A program made the position numbers and the translations under genes. From NCBI GenBank assembly GCA_037045155.1, contig JBAOIG010000003.1, forward strand, positions 1,340,111 through 1,404,110: a DNA stretch of 64,000 nt, in the 5' to 3' direction. Below the pieces are notes generated by a model. It made no database searches and was not told the origin of the DNA. It was given only the letters and a program-made list of their open reading frames with translations. Shown here piece by piece: positions 9,327-19,035 of the stretch. This DNA is from Thermomicrobiales bacterium. Lineage in GTDB: Bacteria; Chloroflexota; Chloroflexia; Thermomicrobiales; CFX8. Within the stretch, counting starts at the first letter, position 1. Every line of letters starts with the position of its first letter.

Positions 9327-10130
9327 ATGGCATGCGTGATGCGCGAGCCTGAATCAGCCGGCCTTCGCGGCCGCGCGGATTGGAGCGAGGGCGAAATGCC
9401 AGGCACAACAACTCCCGGCCCGCTCGTCGGGCTACGAGATGTCGATCCGAATGCGTTCAACATACCAGCCGCCCGCGATCAGCAGGATCGCGCAGAGTTG
9501 GCCGAACGACAGCGATTCGACTGGCGGCCGATCGCACTCGGAGGGGCGCTCGTCTGGATCGGGCTACGCCGTCGGTCGCTTCCCGGGTTCATCCTCGGCG
9601 CTGGCGGAAGCGGCCTTGCCCTGGCCGGGTTGATGGGCAAGGTCTGGTTGCGCGGTCCGCTCGCGCCGGAAGGTGAGATGAGCGTGCGGGTTGAGGAGTC
9701 AATCACGATCGACCGACCGCTCGAGCAGGTATATCGCGACTGGCACGATATCGAGAACCTGCCGCGTATCCTGTCGAACGTGATCTCGGTGCGCGACCAC
9801 GGTGACGGACGCTCGCGGTGGGTTGTGGCCGGCCCACTTGGCAGGACCGTTACCTGGGAGGCGGAAGCGATCAACGATGATGCGAATCGGGTGTTGTCGT
9901 GGCGCTCGGTCGGCAAGACGGCAGCGCCAAACGTCGGCGCGGTCCACTTCCACGCCACCCCAGACGCACGCGGCAGCGAGGTGCGGGTGCGGATCGAGTA
10001 CGACCCGCCGGGCGGTCCGGCCGGCGCCGCCATCGCCCGCCTGCTGGGCAGCACTGCGAGCGAGCAGGTCGCCAGCGATCTGCGCCGCTTCAAGACCTGG
10101 GTCGAGAGCAGCACTCCCACCGAGACTTGA
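9327..10130 (+). CDS. SRPBCC (cyclase/dehydrase-like) domain protein with N-terminal membrane segment
   Basis: N-terminal hydrophobic stretch ALGGALVWIGL..GFILGAGGSGLALAGL. This is followed by ITIDRPLEQVYRDWHDIENLPRILSNV...W.SV.., typical of SRPBCC/polyketide-cyclase folds. Confidence 0.6.
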   Translation: MACVMREPESAGLRGRADWSEGEMPGTTTPGPLVGLRDVDPNAFNIPAARDQQDRAELAERQRFDWRPIALGGALVWIGLRRRSLPGFILGAGGSGLALAGLMGKVWLRGPLAPEGEMSVRVEESITIDRPLEQVYRDWHDIENLPRILSNVISVRDHGDGRSRWVVAGPLGRTVTWEAEAINDDANRVLSWRSVGKTAAPNVGAVHFHATPDARGSEVRVRIEYDPPGGPAGAAIARLLGSTASEQVASDLRRFKTWVESSTPTET

Positions 10131-10790
10131 TCAGACCACAGTCGGGGATCGGAACGTCAGATTATTCGCGCGCATCATCTCCAGCAGGAGTGGACGCAAG
10201 GACGAGTGATCAAGCCGGATCACCGCTTCCCGGTCACATTGGAGCCCATCCATCGCACGTTCGTACAACATCAGCGCCGGTTCGTCATTATGCGCGTTCC
10301 GATACAGTACGCCATCGAGCGTGGAATAGGTTGTCGAGGTATCGTAGAAGTACCGCGACCATGGCTGTGAGTGCTGGTAAGGGCACTTCGCGACGGCGGC
10401 AATAGTGCCAGCACGCATGGCACCCCGCCCACGGAGATCCAGCAGATGGAGCGAGCGAGTCGCGCAAGGCATCGCGACCACACGATTAGCTAACTCAACG
10501 ATTCCGGTATCCCCGAATACCTCGACCAGCGCACTGGAAAACGCTTCCGCTGGCTTCCTGGACCACGCCGCGTAGTAGACGGCGCGGTCTGGATCATCGG
10601 CCGGTATCCGTTCGGGCCCCTCTCCTCGATGATGGTCGAAACGCTTCCGAGGACCATTATGACGAAAGGTCAGTGCGTTCGCGCCCCGTCGATCAGGATC
10701 AAAGATACGAACAATTGTCGCGCCCTGGGATAACGTGACGAACACCGGTCCAGGCTTTCGTGCCGGGGGCGGCGGCGCGATCCGGGCCAC
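10131..10790 (-). CDS. RES-domain toxin-like protein
   Basis: Size, position directly downstream of a DUF2384-type antitoxin, and blocks KRFDHH / VYYAAWS / ALVEVFG / VLYRNAH resemble RES toxins. A GTG at 10790 lies 1 nt after the upstream stop; the ORF is open to 10829. Confidence 0.6.
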   Translation of the reverse strand: MARIAPPPPARKPGPVFVTLSQGATIVRIFDPDRRGANALTFRHNGPRKRFDHHRGEGPERIPADDPDRAVYYAAWSRKPAEAFSSALVEVFGDTGIVELANRVVAMPCATRSLHLLDLRGRGAMRAGTIAAVAKCPYQHSQPWSRYFYDTSTTYSTLDGVLYRNAHNDEPALMLYERAMDGLQCDREAVIRLDHSSLRPLLLEMMRANNLTFRSPTVV

Positions 10791-10791
10791 G

Positions 10792-11403
10792 TCAGTCGAC
10801 ACCGACGCCTTGGGCGAGCGAGGTGACATCGGCGACTCGGCCGGCCTTCAGCGCCGCTAGCGGAGTCGCGCCAGAGAGCATCTCGTTGGGCTTCGTCAGC
10901 CAGCGCACCTTCGCCAGCGACGAAACGTTCAACGCCCGGAACACTCGCGGGAGATCGGCGATGACGCCATCCGGTCCGTCCGGGTCAAATTGCCAGGCAG
11001 GGAAGCGGAGCGCGCCGCGATCTCTCACCGCGAGCAGCGATCCACTGCCAACACGATCATGCGGCGTCTGGCGCGTAACATCCAGCAGACAAGCGACCTC
11101 CGCTGTCGTCAGCGCCCCGTCGAGCAGCTCGCGACGACGCTGAAACGAACGCATCAGCACATCGACCTCCACCGCCGCCCGCTCGGCTGGCGTCAGTTGG
11201 GCGCCACCGACCAATCTGCGGACGACGTCAGGAACATCATCTTCGACCGGCGCCAACGCGCGAGCAACGGCGCCGATGACGGCCGCGACCTCCTCCGGCG
11301 CGAGTGCGTTTAGCCGGTCCTGAAGCAGCCGCGCCGACTCGTCGATCTTCGGCTCGATCAACTCGAACGCAGGTGTCGCGCTGATCCGAACTGTCGCTAC
11401 CAT
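10792..11403 (-). CDS. Xre/MbcA/ParS-like antitoxin with C-terminal DUF2384 toxin-binding domain
   Basis: C-terminal KVRWLTKPNEMLSGATPLAALKAGRVADVTSLAQGV matches the DUF2384 signature (W..pn..LgG.tPlel). Confidence 0.65.
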   Translation of the reverse strand: MVATVRISATPAFELIEPKIDESARLLQDRLNALAPEEVAAVIGAVARALAPVEDDVPDVVRRLVGGAQLTPAERAAVEVDVLMRSFQRRRELLDGALTTAEVACLLDVTRQTPHDRVGSGSLLAVRDRGALRFPAWQFDPDGPDGVIADLPRVFRALNVSSLAKVRWLTKPNEMLSGATPLAALKAGRVADVTSLAQGVGVD

Positions 11404-11639
11404 CCATCACCTCTATATCATCGTTCGGTCATGAGCATAATGACCTGCGTAAGACATGTCAAGTCGCGATGATATCACTCCTGCATTCAGGTTGCGGCGC
11501 CATGTGGTCGCTTTCCGTGGAATGCGAATCGATCTCACCTCCACGACACCGAGGGTCTGCAGGTTCGTTGAAGGCTCGGTGTGACGGGCCGCGGGTATCG
11601 ACGTGCGCTGCCGGAGAGTAGAAGGAAGTGGCTCCCTCT

Positions 11640-12275
11640 CTACGGCACGATGATCTGCCCGGGGAACTCGACCTCCATCTCGGCCCCGTCGCGATAGATC
11701 TGGATTGTGCCAGTGACGCAAACGGTCTTACCCATAAACAGCTCCTCCGGCGGCGCGTCGAAGCGGTAGCGCGCGTCGATCCACATCAGCACCGTGAAGC
11801 GGCCGGGGTCGGGGTAGGCAGCGCCCAGATTGAGAAAGGTGGGCTTGCCGCGACTCGAGCTGGCCCAGGTGGCATCCATAACCTGGCCGATCACGGTGAT
11901 CTCCTGGCCGGCGTGGTCGATTGCCTGGTTCCAGGGGATCGCGCCGGGGCAGGGGTCAGGGGTTGGAGTCGGCGGCTCGGACGTCGGCGTCATTGTCGGA
12001 AGTTGCGTAGTGGGCGTGACGGTCGGGGGCAATGCGGTGGGGCTAGCCGTTGCTGTCGGCGCCGGTCGCTGGGTTGGCTGAGACGTGGCGAAGACGGCGG
12101 GCGGTTGGGTCGGATTCACCGCCGGTGGGGCAACTGTTGATCGAGCGTCGATCAAGGCGCTGGGTTGCGTGCCGCCGCAGCCGGCCAGCAGCATTGCGCC
12201 GAGGAGGACGAAGGCCCACATGGACAGCCATCTACTGGTCACCCGCACGCGCGCCTCCAACTCCCTGATGATCAA
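11640..12275 (-). CDS. putative lipoprotein with Pro/Thr-rich linker
   Basis: Lipobox LLAGC after a hydrophobic signal segment, then a PT-rich linker and a ~100-aa beta-rich C-terminal domain. The start is uncertain (12275 or 12221). Confidence 0.55.
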   Translation of the reverse strand: MIIRELEARVRVTSRWLSMWAFVLLGAMLLAGCGGTQPSALIDARSTVAPPAVNPTQPPAVFATSQPTQRPAPTATASPTALPPTVTPTTQLPTMTPTSEPPTPTPDPCPGAIPWNQAIDHAGQEITVIGQVMDATWASSSRGKPTFLNLGAAYPDPGRFTVLMWIDARYRFDAPPEELFMGKTVCVTGTIQIYRDGAEMEVEFPGQIIVP

Positions 12276-12401
12276 ACCTTGTCACTTGTGACGCGCAGCA
12301 TAGCACGCCAACACAGACTCCCGTCTATTGCTGGAAGCGATCTGTGTCTGCTATCTCGTTTCTGCAATCATTTGACGACCAGCGACGATGAAGGAGACAA
12401 C

Positions 12402-13112
12402 ATGAGCGACGAGCGACCCTTTGGCATTCCCCTCTCCGACGATGTGCTCGCGCGACGAGCGCGGCTGCCGATCAAGCCCGACCCGGTGACGTTGGAGGGC
12501 AAGCGGGTACGGCTACGGCCACTCGATCTGGAGCATGACGTCGCGCCGCTGCACGCCGTCTCAAACGGTGAGCCGGCCACGCTCGGGGAGCGCCGCGTCG
12601 GGGCCTACGACGCCGACGCCGAGATCTGGCGCTACATGCCGGCCGGCCCATTCGTCGACGCCGCCGGGCTGGGCGGGTATCTGCGCGGACTCGCCGAGAC
12701 GCCCAATCTGCTGCCGCTCTGTGTCGAGGACGTCGCAACCGGCCAGCCAGTCGGCGTCGTCACCTTCATGAGCAACTTCCCCGAGCATCTGAAGATCGAG
12801 CTCGGCAACATCTGGTACACCCCGCTCGTCCAGGGCACCGGCGCGAACCGCGAGGCGACGTACCTGATGCTGCGGCACGCCTTCGGCCTCGGCTACCGAC
12901 GGGTAGAGTGGAAGTGCGACGCGCTCAATGCCCGCTCGCGCCACACTGCCGAGCGCATGGGCTTCATCTTCGAGGGCATCCAGCAGGCGCACCTCATCGT
13001 CAAGGGCCGCAACCGCGACACCGCCTGGTTCCGCATCCTCGATCATGAGTGGCCGGCGGTTGAAGCACGGTTGCGGGCGATGATGTCGGGACGCAGGGTC
13101 GATCCCGCGTAG
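12402..13112 (+). CDS. GNAT-family N-acetyltransferase
   Basis: GTGANREATYLMLRHAFGLGYRRVEWKCDALNARSRHTAERMGFIFEG. AAGGAG RBS before the ATG at 12402. Confidence 0.8.
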   Translation: MSDERPFGIPLSDDVLARRARLPIKPDPVTLEGKRVRLRPLDLEHDVAPLHAVSNGEPATLGERRVGAYDADAEIWRYMPAGPFVDAAGLGGYLRGLAETPNLLPLCVEDVATGQPVGVVTFMSNFPEHLKIELGNIWYTPLVQGTGANREATYLMLRHAFGLGYRRVEWKCDALNARSRHTAERMGFIFEGIQQAHLIVKGRNRDTAWFRILDHEWPAVEARLRAMMSGRRVDPA

Positions 13113-13312
13113 GGAAGGGCGCCACGCGACCACGTCCGACACATCCGACGTTGGAACGCTCTCCCACGTTGGGGTTCTGGCCGGGCGTTGCCGCGGCGAG
13201 TCGTTATGCGGCTTGCCCCACGGCGGGCGGGCGGTCTCCGGTGTTCATGAGCCGACCGATCGTTCCGCGCCCGCCCCTACGCGGAACTCGCCCCTCGTCC
13301 CCTCATCCCTCG

Positions 13313-14731
13313 CTACCCGTACAACGCTTCCCGGATTGTGCTGACCTGCTGACGTAGCGCAGTGTTCGTCTCGATCTCGCGCTCGATCTTGCCGATGCCA
13401 TGCATGACCGTCGAGTGGTCGCGGCCGCCGAGCAGCGCGCCGATCTCGACCAGCGACGAGCCGGTCTCCTCGCGCAGCACGTACATCGCCACCTGGCGCG
13501 GCAGGACGACCTCCTTGCTGCGGCCGCGGCCGCGCAGGTCGGCCAGCGTCGCCTTGTAGTGCTTCATCACTTCAGCCAGCACCCGTTCGGGGGTGATCTG
13601 TGCGCGACGCGCCTCGAGCGCGGCGTCGTTGAGCGCCTGGCTGGCGATGTCCATCCGGATCGGGGCGTTGAAGAGCTGGGCCAGCGCGATGATCTTGTTG
13701 AGAGCCCCCTCCAGCTCGCGGATGTTCGACTGCACCTTGCGCGCAACGTATTCCAGCACGTCGTTCGGCACATGGACGCCGAGCGACTGGCCCTTGCGGG
13801 AGAGGATCGCCGTGCGCGTCTCGATGTCCGGCGGCTGGACGTCGACGATCAGGCCGCCCTCGAAGCGCGAGCGCAGCCGTTCGGCCAGTGTCGGGATCGC
13901 CTTGGGTGGGCGGTCGGAGGAGACGATGATCTGCCGGCCAGACTGGAACAGGTCGTTGAAGGTGTGGAAGAACTCCTCTTGCGTCGCCTCCTTACCGGCA
14001 ATGAACTGAATGTCGTCGATCATCAGGATGTCAGCCGAGCGGTAACGATCGCGGAACTCGTCGGTCCTCTGCCCCATGATCGACTTGATCAGATCGTTGG
14101 TGAATTTCTCGGAGGAGACGTAGAGCACGCGCGTCTCCGGCCGCTGGTCGATCGCGCGGTGGCCGACAGCGTGCATCAGGTGCGTCTTGCCCAACCCGAC
14201 GCCGCCGTAGATGAACAGCGGGTTGAATGCCTGGGCCGGTTTGTCGCCGACCGCCATCGACGCGGCGTGGGCTAGCCGGTTCGATGGACCAACGACGAAC
14301 GTCTCGAACGTGTAGCCGGGGTTCAGCCCCGGGCGGGCATCGGCAGAGAGCGTCATCTGGTGCGACTCCGGTCGTGGCGCAGGATCCTCCCTCAGCGAAC
14401 GCGAGGCCGGCGGGGTAGGCCGGGTCTTCGGCTTCGGCGCGCGAACCGGGGAGGCAGACCCCTGCCCGCCGACAACGTACTCGACTGTCAGCCGCCGGTT
14501 GGCGATCGCCGAGAGCGCAGCGACGATCTCATCGTCGAACTTCAGCCGCAGTTGGTCGACCGCGAAGGCATTCGGCGCGGCGACGGTCGCCACCCCGTTC
14601 TCGACACCGAGAAGGGTCGTCGAGCGCAGCCACGTCTCGTAATTCGCCCGCGAGATGCGCCCCTGCAAGTCGGACAGGGCCGATTGCCAGAGTTGCTGGT
14701 AGCGGGGATCGAGCGCGGCGCTGTCTGCCAT
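13313..14731 (-). CDS. dnaA: chromosomal replication initiator DnaA
   Basis: N-terminal [22 protein letters not shown], Walker [35 protein letters not shown], and C-terminal DNA-binding [12 protein letters not shown]. An alternative start at 14770 is possible. Confidence 0.95.
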   Translation of the reverse strand: MADSAALDPRYQQLWQSALSDLQGRISRANYETWLRSTTLLGVENGVATVAAPNAFAVDQLRLKFDDEIVAALSAIANRRLTVEYVVGGQGSASPVRAPKPKTRPTPPASRSLREDPAPRPESHQMTLSADARPGLNPGYTFETFVVGPSNRLAHAASMAVGDKPAQAFNPLFIYGGVGLGKTHLMHAVGHRAIDQRPETRVLYVSSEKFTNDLIKSIMGQRTDEFRDRYRSADILMIDDIQFIAGKEATQEEFFHTFNDLFQSGRQIIVSSDRPPKAIPTLAERLRSRFEGGLIVDVQPPDIETRTAILSRKGQSLGVHVPNDVLEYVARKVQSNIRELEGALNKIIALAQLFNAPIRMDIASQALNDAALEARRAQITPERVLAEVMKHYKATLADLRGRGRSKEVVLPRQVAMYVLREETGSSLVEIGALLGGRDHSTVMHGIGKIEREIETNTALRQQVSTIREALYG

Positions 14732-14780
14732 CGGCACCCTCTCGCGATGAGTCGTCCGGTTCCTGGTCATCGTTGTACCC

Positions 14781-14800
14781 TGTGGACAGATTCATCCACA
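14781..14800. promoter_or_regulatory. pair of inverted DnaA-box-like 9-mers upstream of dnaA
   Basis: tgtggacag (reverse complement CTGTCCACA) at 14781-14789 and TCATCCACA at 14792-14800, against the consensus TTATCCACA. They lie 50-70 nt upstream of the dnaA start. Confidence 0.5.
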
Positions 14801-15066
14801 AGCTGTACGTACACTCATTCTAGCAGAGAAGCCGGTGATTGAGGTTGTGAAGAAGCAGACCGGGCCGTGGGGTGGCCCGGTCTGCGGGGAGGGGGTATGG
14901 AGCATAGGCGGCTCCACGCTCGACGGGGTCGGCGCGCATAACGCATTGCGACGCCGTCATTGACATATACGTTTCATCGGGCATTCTGGTTCCAACGATC
15001 GGGATCCAGCAATCCCCCGAATGCTCCGCCGGACGATGGCCGGAACGGGAAGAAAGCAGTGCCGCC

Positions 15067-15381
15067 ATGCAGCACCTGGACGAGTCATTGCTCCCTGAGA
15101 TCGAGGGCGCAAAGCAGGACCTCTCGACGCGGCTGGATCAACCAGCGTCCGTCATCGAGACAATCCGCGCGGAGCGCGTGACCTGGCCAGACGGCAGCCT
15201 CGGCTGCCCGCGCCCCGGACTGCTCTACACCCAGGCACTGGTGCGCGGCTATTTCATCCAGCTTCGCGCCGCCGGCCGCGACTGGAATTACCACGGCGGC
15301 CGTGGCCGTCTGCCCCGGCTATGCGACTCCGTCAACGAACGACTGCCCGAGGATCTCCGGAGCGGCGATCTCACGATGTGA
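15067..15381 (+). CDS. hypothetical protein
   Basis: 104-aa ORF with ordinary composition. No motif recognised. Confidence 0.3.
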   Translation: MQHLDESLLPEIEGAKQDLSTRLDQPASVIETIRAERVTWPDGSLGCPRPGLLYTQALVRGYFIQLRAAGRDWNYHGGRGRLPRLCDSVNERLPEDLRSGDLTM

Positions 15382-15476
15382 CTGGTCGGACGCGGGGAGC
15401 CGCGTCTGTCGATAGAATGCGTCCAGTATGCAGAGAGTCGGCCGGCCAGATCCGGCGACAGGAAGGGCACTGGACG

Positions 15477-16919
15477 ATGGTCGACACGCTGATCACTGGT
15501 GGGCATCTGCTGACGATGCAGGGGGATGGCGCCGGGTTCGTCGAGAATGGCGCGGTGGCGATCGAGGGGCGGCGGATCGTCGCCGTCGGGCCGCGGGAGA
15601 AGGTCGAGGCGCTCGGGCCGGCCAGACGCACGATCGACGCGACCGGCAAGCTGGTCATGCCCGGGCTGATCGACGCCCACACGCATTCTCACTCCGATCT
15701 CGGGCGTGGCTGGGCGCAGGAGGTCCAGCCCTGGATGGCCTCGTCCTATGGGCCGCTGATGCGCCACGCCGATGAGCGCGACAGCCCGATCGGCACGATG
15801 CTGATGCTGATGGAGGGCGTCGCCAACGGCACCACGACGTTCGGCGACTATGACCGCCCGATGGATGCGCTGCTCGCCGTCCATGAGCAATTCGGCAATC
15901 GCGCCGTCGTCTGCGAGAACATCTCCGAGCTGAACTGGGACAAGCGTGAAGAGTGGGTCGCGCAGGGCTGGAAGCCCGGAGATCCCACCCCGCTCGACCC
16001 TGAGACAGGGGAGAGGACGCTGGCGACCGCGCTGGCGCTCTACGATCGTTGGCACGGCCGGGACGAGGGGCGGCTCCGCGTGATCCTCGGCCCGCACGCC
16101 CCGGACTTCCTCTCGAAGGAGATGCTGCTACGGGTTCAGGAGGAGGCGCGTAAGCGCAACACGCTGATGCACCTCCACGTCGCCCAGGATCCGCGCGAGA
16201 ACAACGCGACCCTGCAGCGCTACGGGCTGCGGGCGATCCCGTTCCTCGACTCCATTGGCCTGCTGGCGCCCGATCTGATCGCCGTCCACCTCTGCTTCGC
16301 CGAGCCGGAAGAGGTCGAGATGGTCGTCCGTAGCGGCGCGCCGATGACCTGCTGCTCGAACTCGATCGGCATCATCGATGGCGTTGTCCCGCCGGCCTGG
16401 CAGTTCGTCCAACTGGGCGGCACCGTCGCGCTCGGCTCCGACCAGGCGCCGGGCAACAACTCGCACAACGTCTTCTCCGAGATGCGGGCGACGGCGATGT
16501 ACGCCAAGATCGCCGCCCGCAGCCCGCTGCCGATGCCGGCCTGGCAGGTGCTGCGGATGGCGACGATCGACGGCGCGAAGGTGCTGGGCATCGACGATGT
16601 CGTCGGCAGCCTGGAGGAGGGCAAGGAGGCCGACATCATCATGCTCGACCTGACCCGCCCGCCGCTGGCCCCGGTGCTGCTGCGGCCGGCCCGCAACATC
16701 GTCCCGAACCTCGTCTACGCCGAGACCGGATCCAACGTACTCATGACGATGGTCGCCGGCAACATCATCTACCAGGACGGCGAGTACACCAACATCGATC
16801 GCCACAAGGTCGCCGCCCGGGTCGCCGAGGCGTCCGCGCGCCTGCAGGACGCAGTCGCCGCCGACCCGCTCACCCACGACCTGGCGATCACCCGGCTGAC
16901 CAACGAGGGGAAGATCTAG
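15477..16919 (+). CDS. amidohydrolase-family deaminase/chlorohydrolase-like protein (MtaD/guanine-deaminase-like)
   Basis: N-terminal G.V.IEG.RIVAVG, metal ligands PGLIDAHTHS, HLHVAQ and a GSDQAPGNN-type region are typical of the amidohydrolase superfamily. Confidence 0.8.
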   Translation: MVDTLITGGHLLTMQGDGAGFVENGAVAIEGRRIVAVGPREKVEALGPARRTIDATGKLVMPGLIDAHTHSHSDLGRGWAQEVQPWMASSYGPLMRHADERDSPIGTMLMLMEGVANGTTTFGDYDRPMDALLAVHEQFGNRAVVCENISELNWDKREEWVAQGWKPGDPTPLDPETGERTLATALALYDRWHGRDEGRLRVILGPHAPDFLSKEMLLRVQEEARKRNTLMHLHVAQDPRENNATLQRYGLRAIPFLDSIGLLAPDLIAVHLCFAEPEEVEMVVRSGAPMTCCSNSIGIIDGVVPPAWQFVQLGGTVALGSDQAPGNNSHNVFSEMRATAMYAKIAARSPLPMPAWQVLRMATIDGAKVLGIDDVVGSLEEGKEADIIMLDLTRPPLAPVLLRPARNIVPNLVYAETGSNVLMTMVAGNIIYQDGEYTNIDRHKVAARVAEASARLQDAVAADPLTHDLAITRLTNEGKI

Positions 16920-16950
16920 CGGCCACGCGACGACGGGAGGCTCAAGGTGG

Positions 16951-17075
16951 CGCTCTGCGGAGCGTGGACAGGGCGAGCCCTGCCCCTACGAAACGGTTTC
17001 ATACCGGTCATACATCGACCCACCAGTACTGCGACTTCCCCTCTCCCACGGTTGGGAGAGGGGCGGGGCGCCCTC
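16951..17075. repeat. composite GC-rich hairpin repeat (two stem-loops)
   Basis: gcgctctgcggagcgtggacagggcgagccctgcccctacgaa recurs at 57840-57882. The CCCCTCTCCCAcggtTGGGAGAGGGG hairpin (17038-17063) plus gggtgagggcc recurs at 49373-49410 and, inverted, at 42035-42073. Confidence 0.7.
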
Positions 17076-17151
17076 TGGGCCGCGGGTGAGGGCCGCTCCC
17101 CAACGTGCTAGACTCGTCGGTTGACATATGAAGAGGGAGCGAGGACAGCGA

Positions 17152-18666
17152 ATGACGACTTCTGGCAGCGACGCAACCGCGGGTCGGGTGCGCGTCCGCT
17201 TCGCGCCGAGCCCGACCGGCGACCTGCACGTCGGCGGTCTGCGCTCGGCGCTATTCACCTGGCTGTTCGCCCGCAAGCACGGTGGCGACTTCATCCTGCG
17301 CATCGAGGACACCGATCGGCGGCGTTACAAGGAAGAGAGCGTCGGGACCATCATTGGCGCGCTGCGCTGGGTCGGGCTCGATTGGGATGAAGGGCCAGAA
17401 GTCGGTGGGGAGTACGGCCCGTACTTCCAGAGCGAGCGTCTGTCGCTCTACCAGCAGCATGCTCGCGCGCTGGTAGAGGCCGGCCTGGCGTACGAATGCT
17501 TCTGCTCGCCGGAGCGGCTCGACACACTGCGCGCCGAGCAGGTCGCTCGCAAAGTGCCGCCGGGCTACGACCGCCACTGCCGAAACCTGACCGACGAAGA
17601 GCGGGCGGCGAAGCACGCCGAGGGGATAACTCCGGTGATCCGCTTCAAGATCCCGGTGGAGGGCACGACGATCGTCCGCGACGAGCTGCGCGGCGAGATC
17701 AGCTACGAGAACCGGCTGCTCGAGGACGCAGTGCTGCTGAAGTCGGACGGCTTCCCGACCTACCACCTCGGCGTCGTGGTCGACGATCATCTGATGGAGA
17801 TCAGCCACGTGATGCGCGGCGAGGAGTGGATTCCCTCCTTCCCGTTGCACGTGCTGATCTACGCGGCGTTTGGCTGGGAGCTGCCAGCCTTCTACCACCT
17901 GCCGGTAATCCTCAGCCCGGAGGGCGGCAAGCTCTCCAAGCGCCACGGCGCGGCCGGCGCGCTACAGTACAAGCAGGAGGGCTATCTGCCGGAGGCGCTC
18001 CGCAACTATCTGGCGCTCCAGGGGTGGTCGTATGACGACCGCGAGGAGTTCTTCCCGACGCTGGACGACCTGGTCCAGAAGTTCTCGATGGAACGCGTCA
18101 GCTCCAGCCCCTCAAAGTACAACTTCGAGAAAGTGCTCTGGTTCAACCAGCAGTACATCAACCACATCGTCGAGCTGGATGACCTGACCCGCCGCACGCT
18201 GCCGTGGCTGCGGGAGGCCGGTCTCGTCGGCGACGTTGTCGAGGGCACGCCGGAGTACGCGCGCGTCCACGACGCGGTCGGGCTGATTAAGGACAAGATG
18301 CGGCTGCTCAGTGAAGCGCCGGACCTGCTGCGCTTCTTCTTCGCCGCGCCGGACGATTACGCCGCGGAGCTGCTGGTTCCGAAGAAGACCGAGCCGGCCC
18401 AGATCGCCGCGGCGCTGCCCCGCGTGCGCGAGATCATCGGTGAGACAGGTGTCGAGGACGAGGCTGGGCTGGAAGCGCGGCTACGGGCGGTGGGAGATGA
18501 GCTCGGGCTGAAGGCCGGCCAGCTGTTCATGCCGATCCGCGTCGCCATCAGTGGCCGGACCGTCTCGCCGGGCCTGTTCGGCACACTGCGTGTCCTCGGC
18601 CAGGATCGAGCATTGGAGCGTCTGGACGCCGCGATCGACAAGCTGGGGGCGACCGCCTCGGCATGA
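17152..18666 (+). CDS. gltX: glutamate--tRNA ligase
   Basis: RVRFAPSPTGDLHVGG (HIGH motif), the KLSKR (KMSKS) motif, and class I GluRS length. Confidence 0.95.
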   Translation: MTTSGSDATAGRVRVRFAPSPTGDLHVGGLRSALFTWLFARKHGGDFILRIEDTDRRRYKEESVGTIIGALRWVGLDWDEGPEVGGEYGPYFQSERLSLYQQHARALVEAGLAYECFCSPERLDTLRAEQVARKVPPGYDRHCRNLTDEERAAKHAEGITPVIRFKIPVEGTTIVRDELRGEISYENRLLEDAVLLKSDGFPTYHLGVVVDDHLMEISHVMRGEEWIPSFPLHVLIYAAFGWELPAFYHLPVILSPEGGKLSKRHGAAGALQYKQEGYLPEALRNYLALQGWSYDDREEFFPTLDDLVQKFSMERVSSSPSKYNFEKVLWFNQQYINHIVELDDLTRRTLPWLREAGLVGDVVEGTPEYARVHDAVGLIKDKMRLLSEAPDLLRFFFAAPDDYAAELLVPKKTEPAQIAAALPRVREIIGETGVEDEAGLEARLRAVGDELGLKAGQLFMPIRVAISGRTVSPGLFGTLRVLGQDRALERLDAAIDKLGATASA

Positions 18667-18693
18667 GCCTGCCGGGTCGATAGCGCGCCGCCC

Positions 18694-19035
18694 ACTTGTC
18701 ATCCTGAACCGCAGTGAAGGATCTCCTCTGCGTTCGACTGTATCGAATATCGGGGGAGATTCTTCGCGCGCACGCTCAGAATGACAACGGGCGGGGGATG
18801 CTGCCACCCTGCCAGCTTGTCATCCTGAACCGCAGTGAAGGATCTCTCACCCGTTCGATGCCAGTCCAACGCAGGAGAGATCTTTCGCGTGCGCGCTCAA
18901 GATGACAAAGAACCGGCAGGCTGCCGATCGGACAGTCTGACGTTGACAGCCCACCGAGCCGCAGCGAAGGATCTCCCCATCGTTCGTAACGGACAGGCGA
19001 GGAGACCCTTCGACTGCGCAGGCGCAATCACGTCT
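18694..19035. repeat. array A: three ~120-bp hairpin (REP/MITE-like) units
   Basis: Units start with TTGTCATCCTGA..GAAGGATCTC and end with GGAGAT..TT CG..CTCA(G/A)(A/G)ATGACAA. The two arms are imperfect reverse complements. Confidence 0.8.

Noticed and set aside
14771-15066. Calling this spacer the replication origin (oriC)
   Set aside because: I could find only two DnaA-box-like 9-mers and no evident AT-rich unwinding element. They are annotated only as putative dnaA-proximal boxes.
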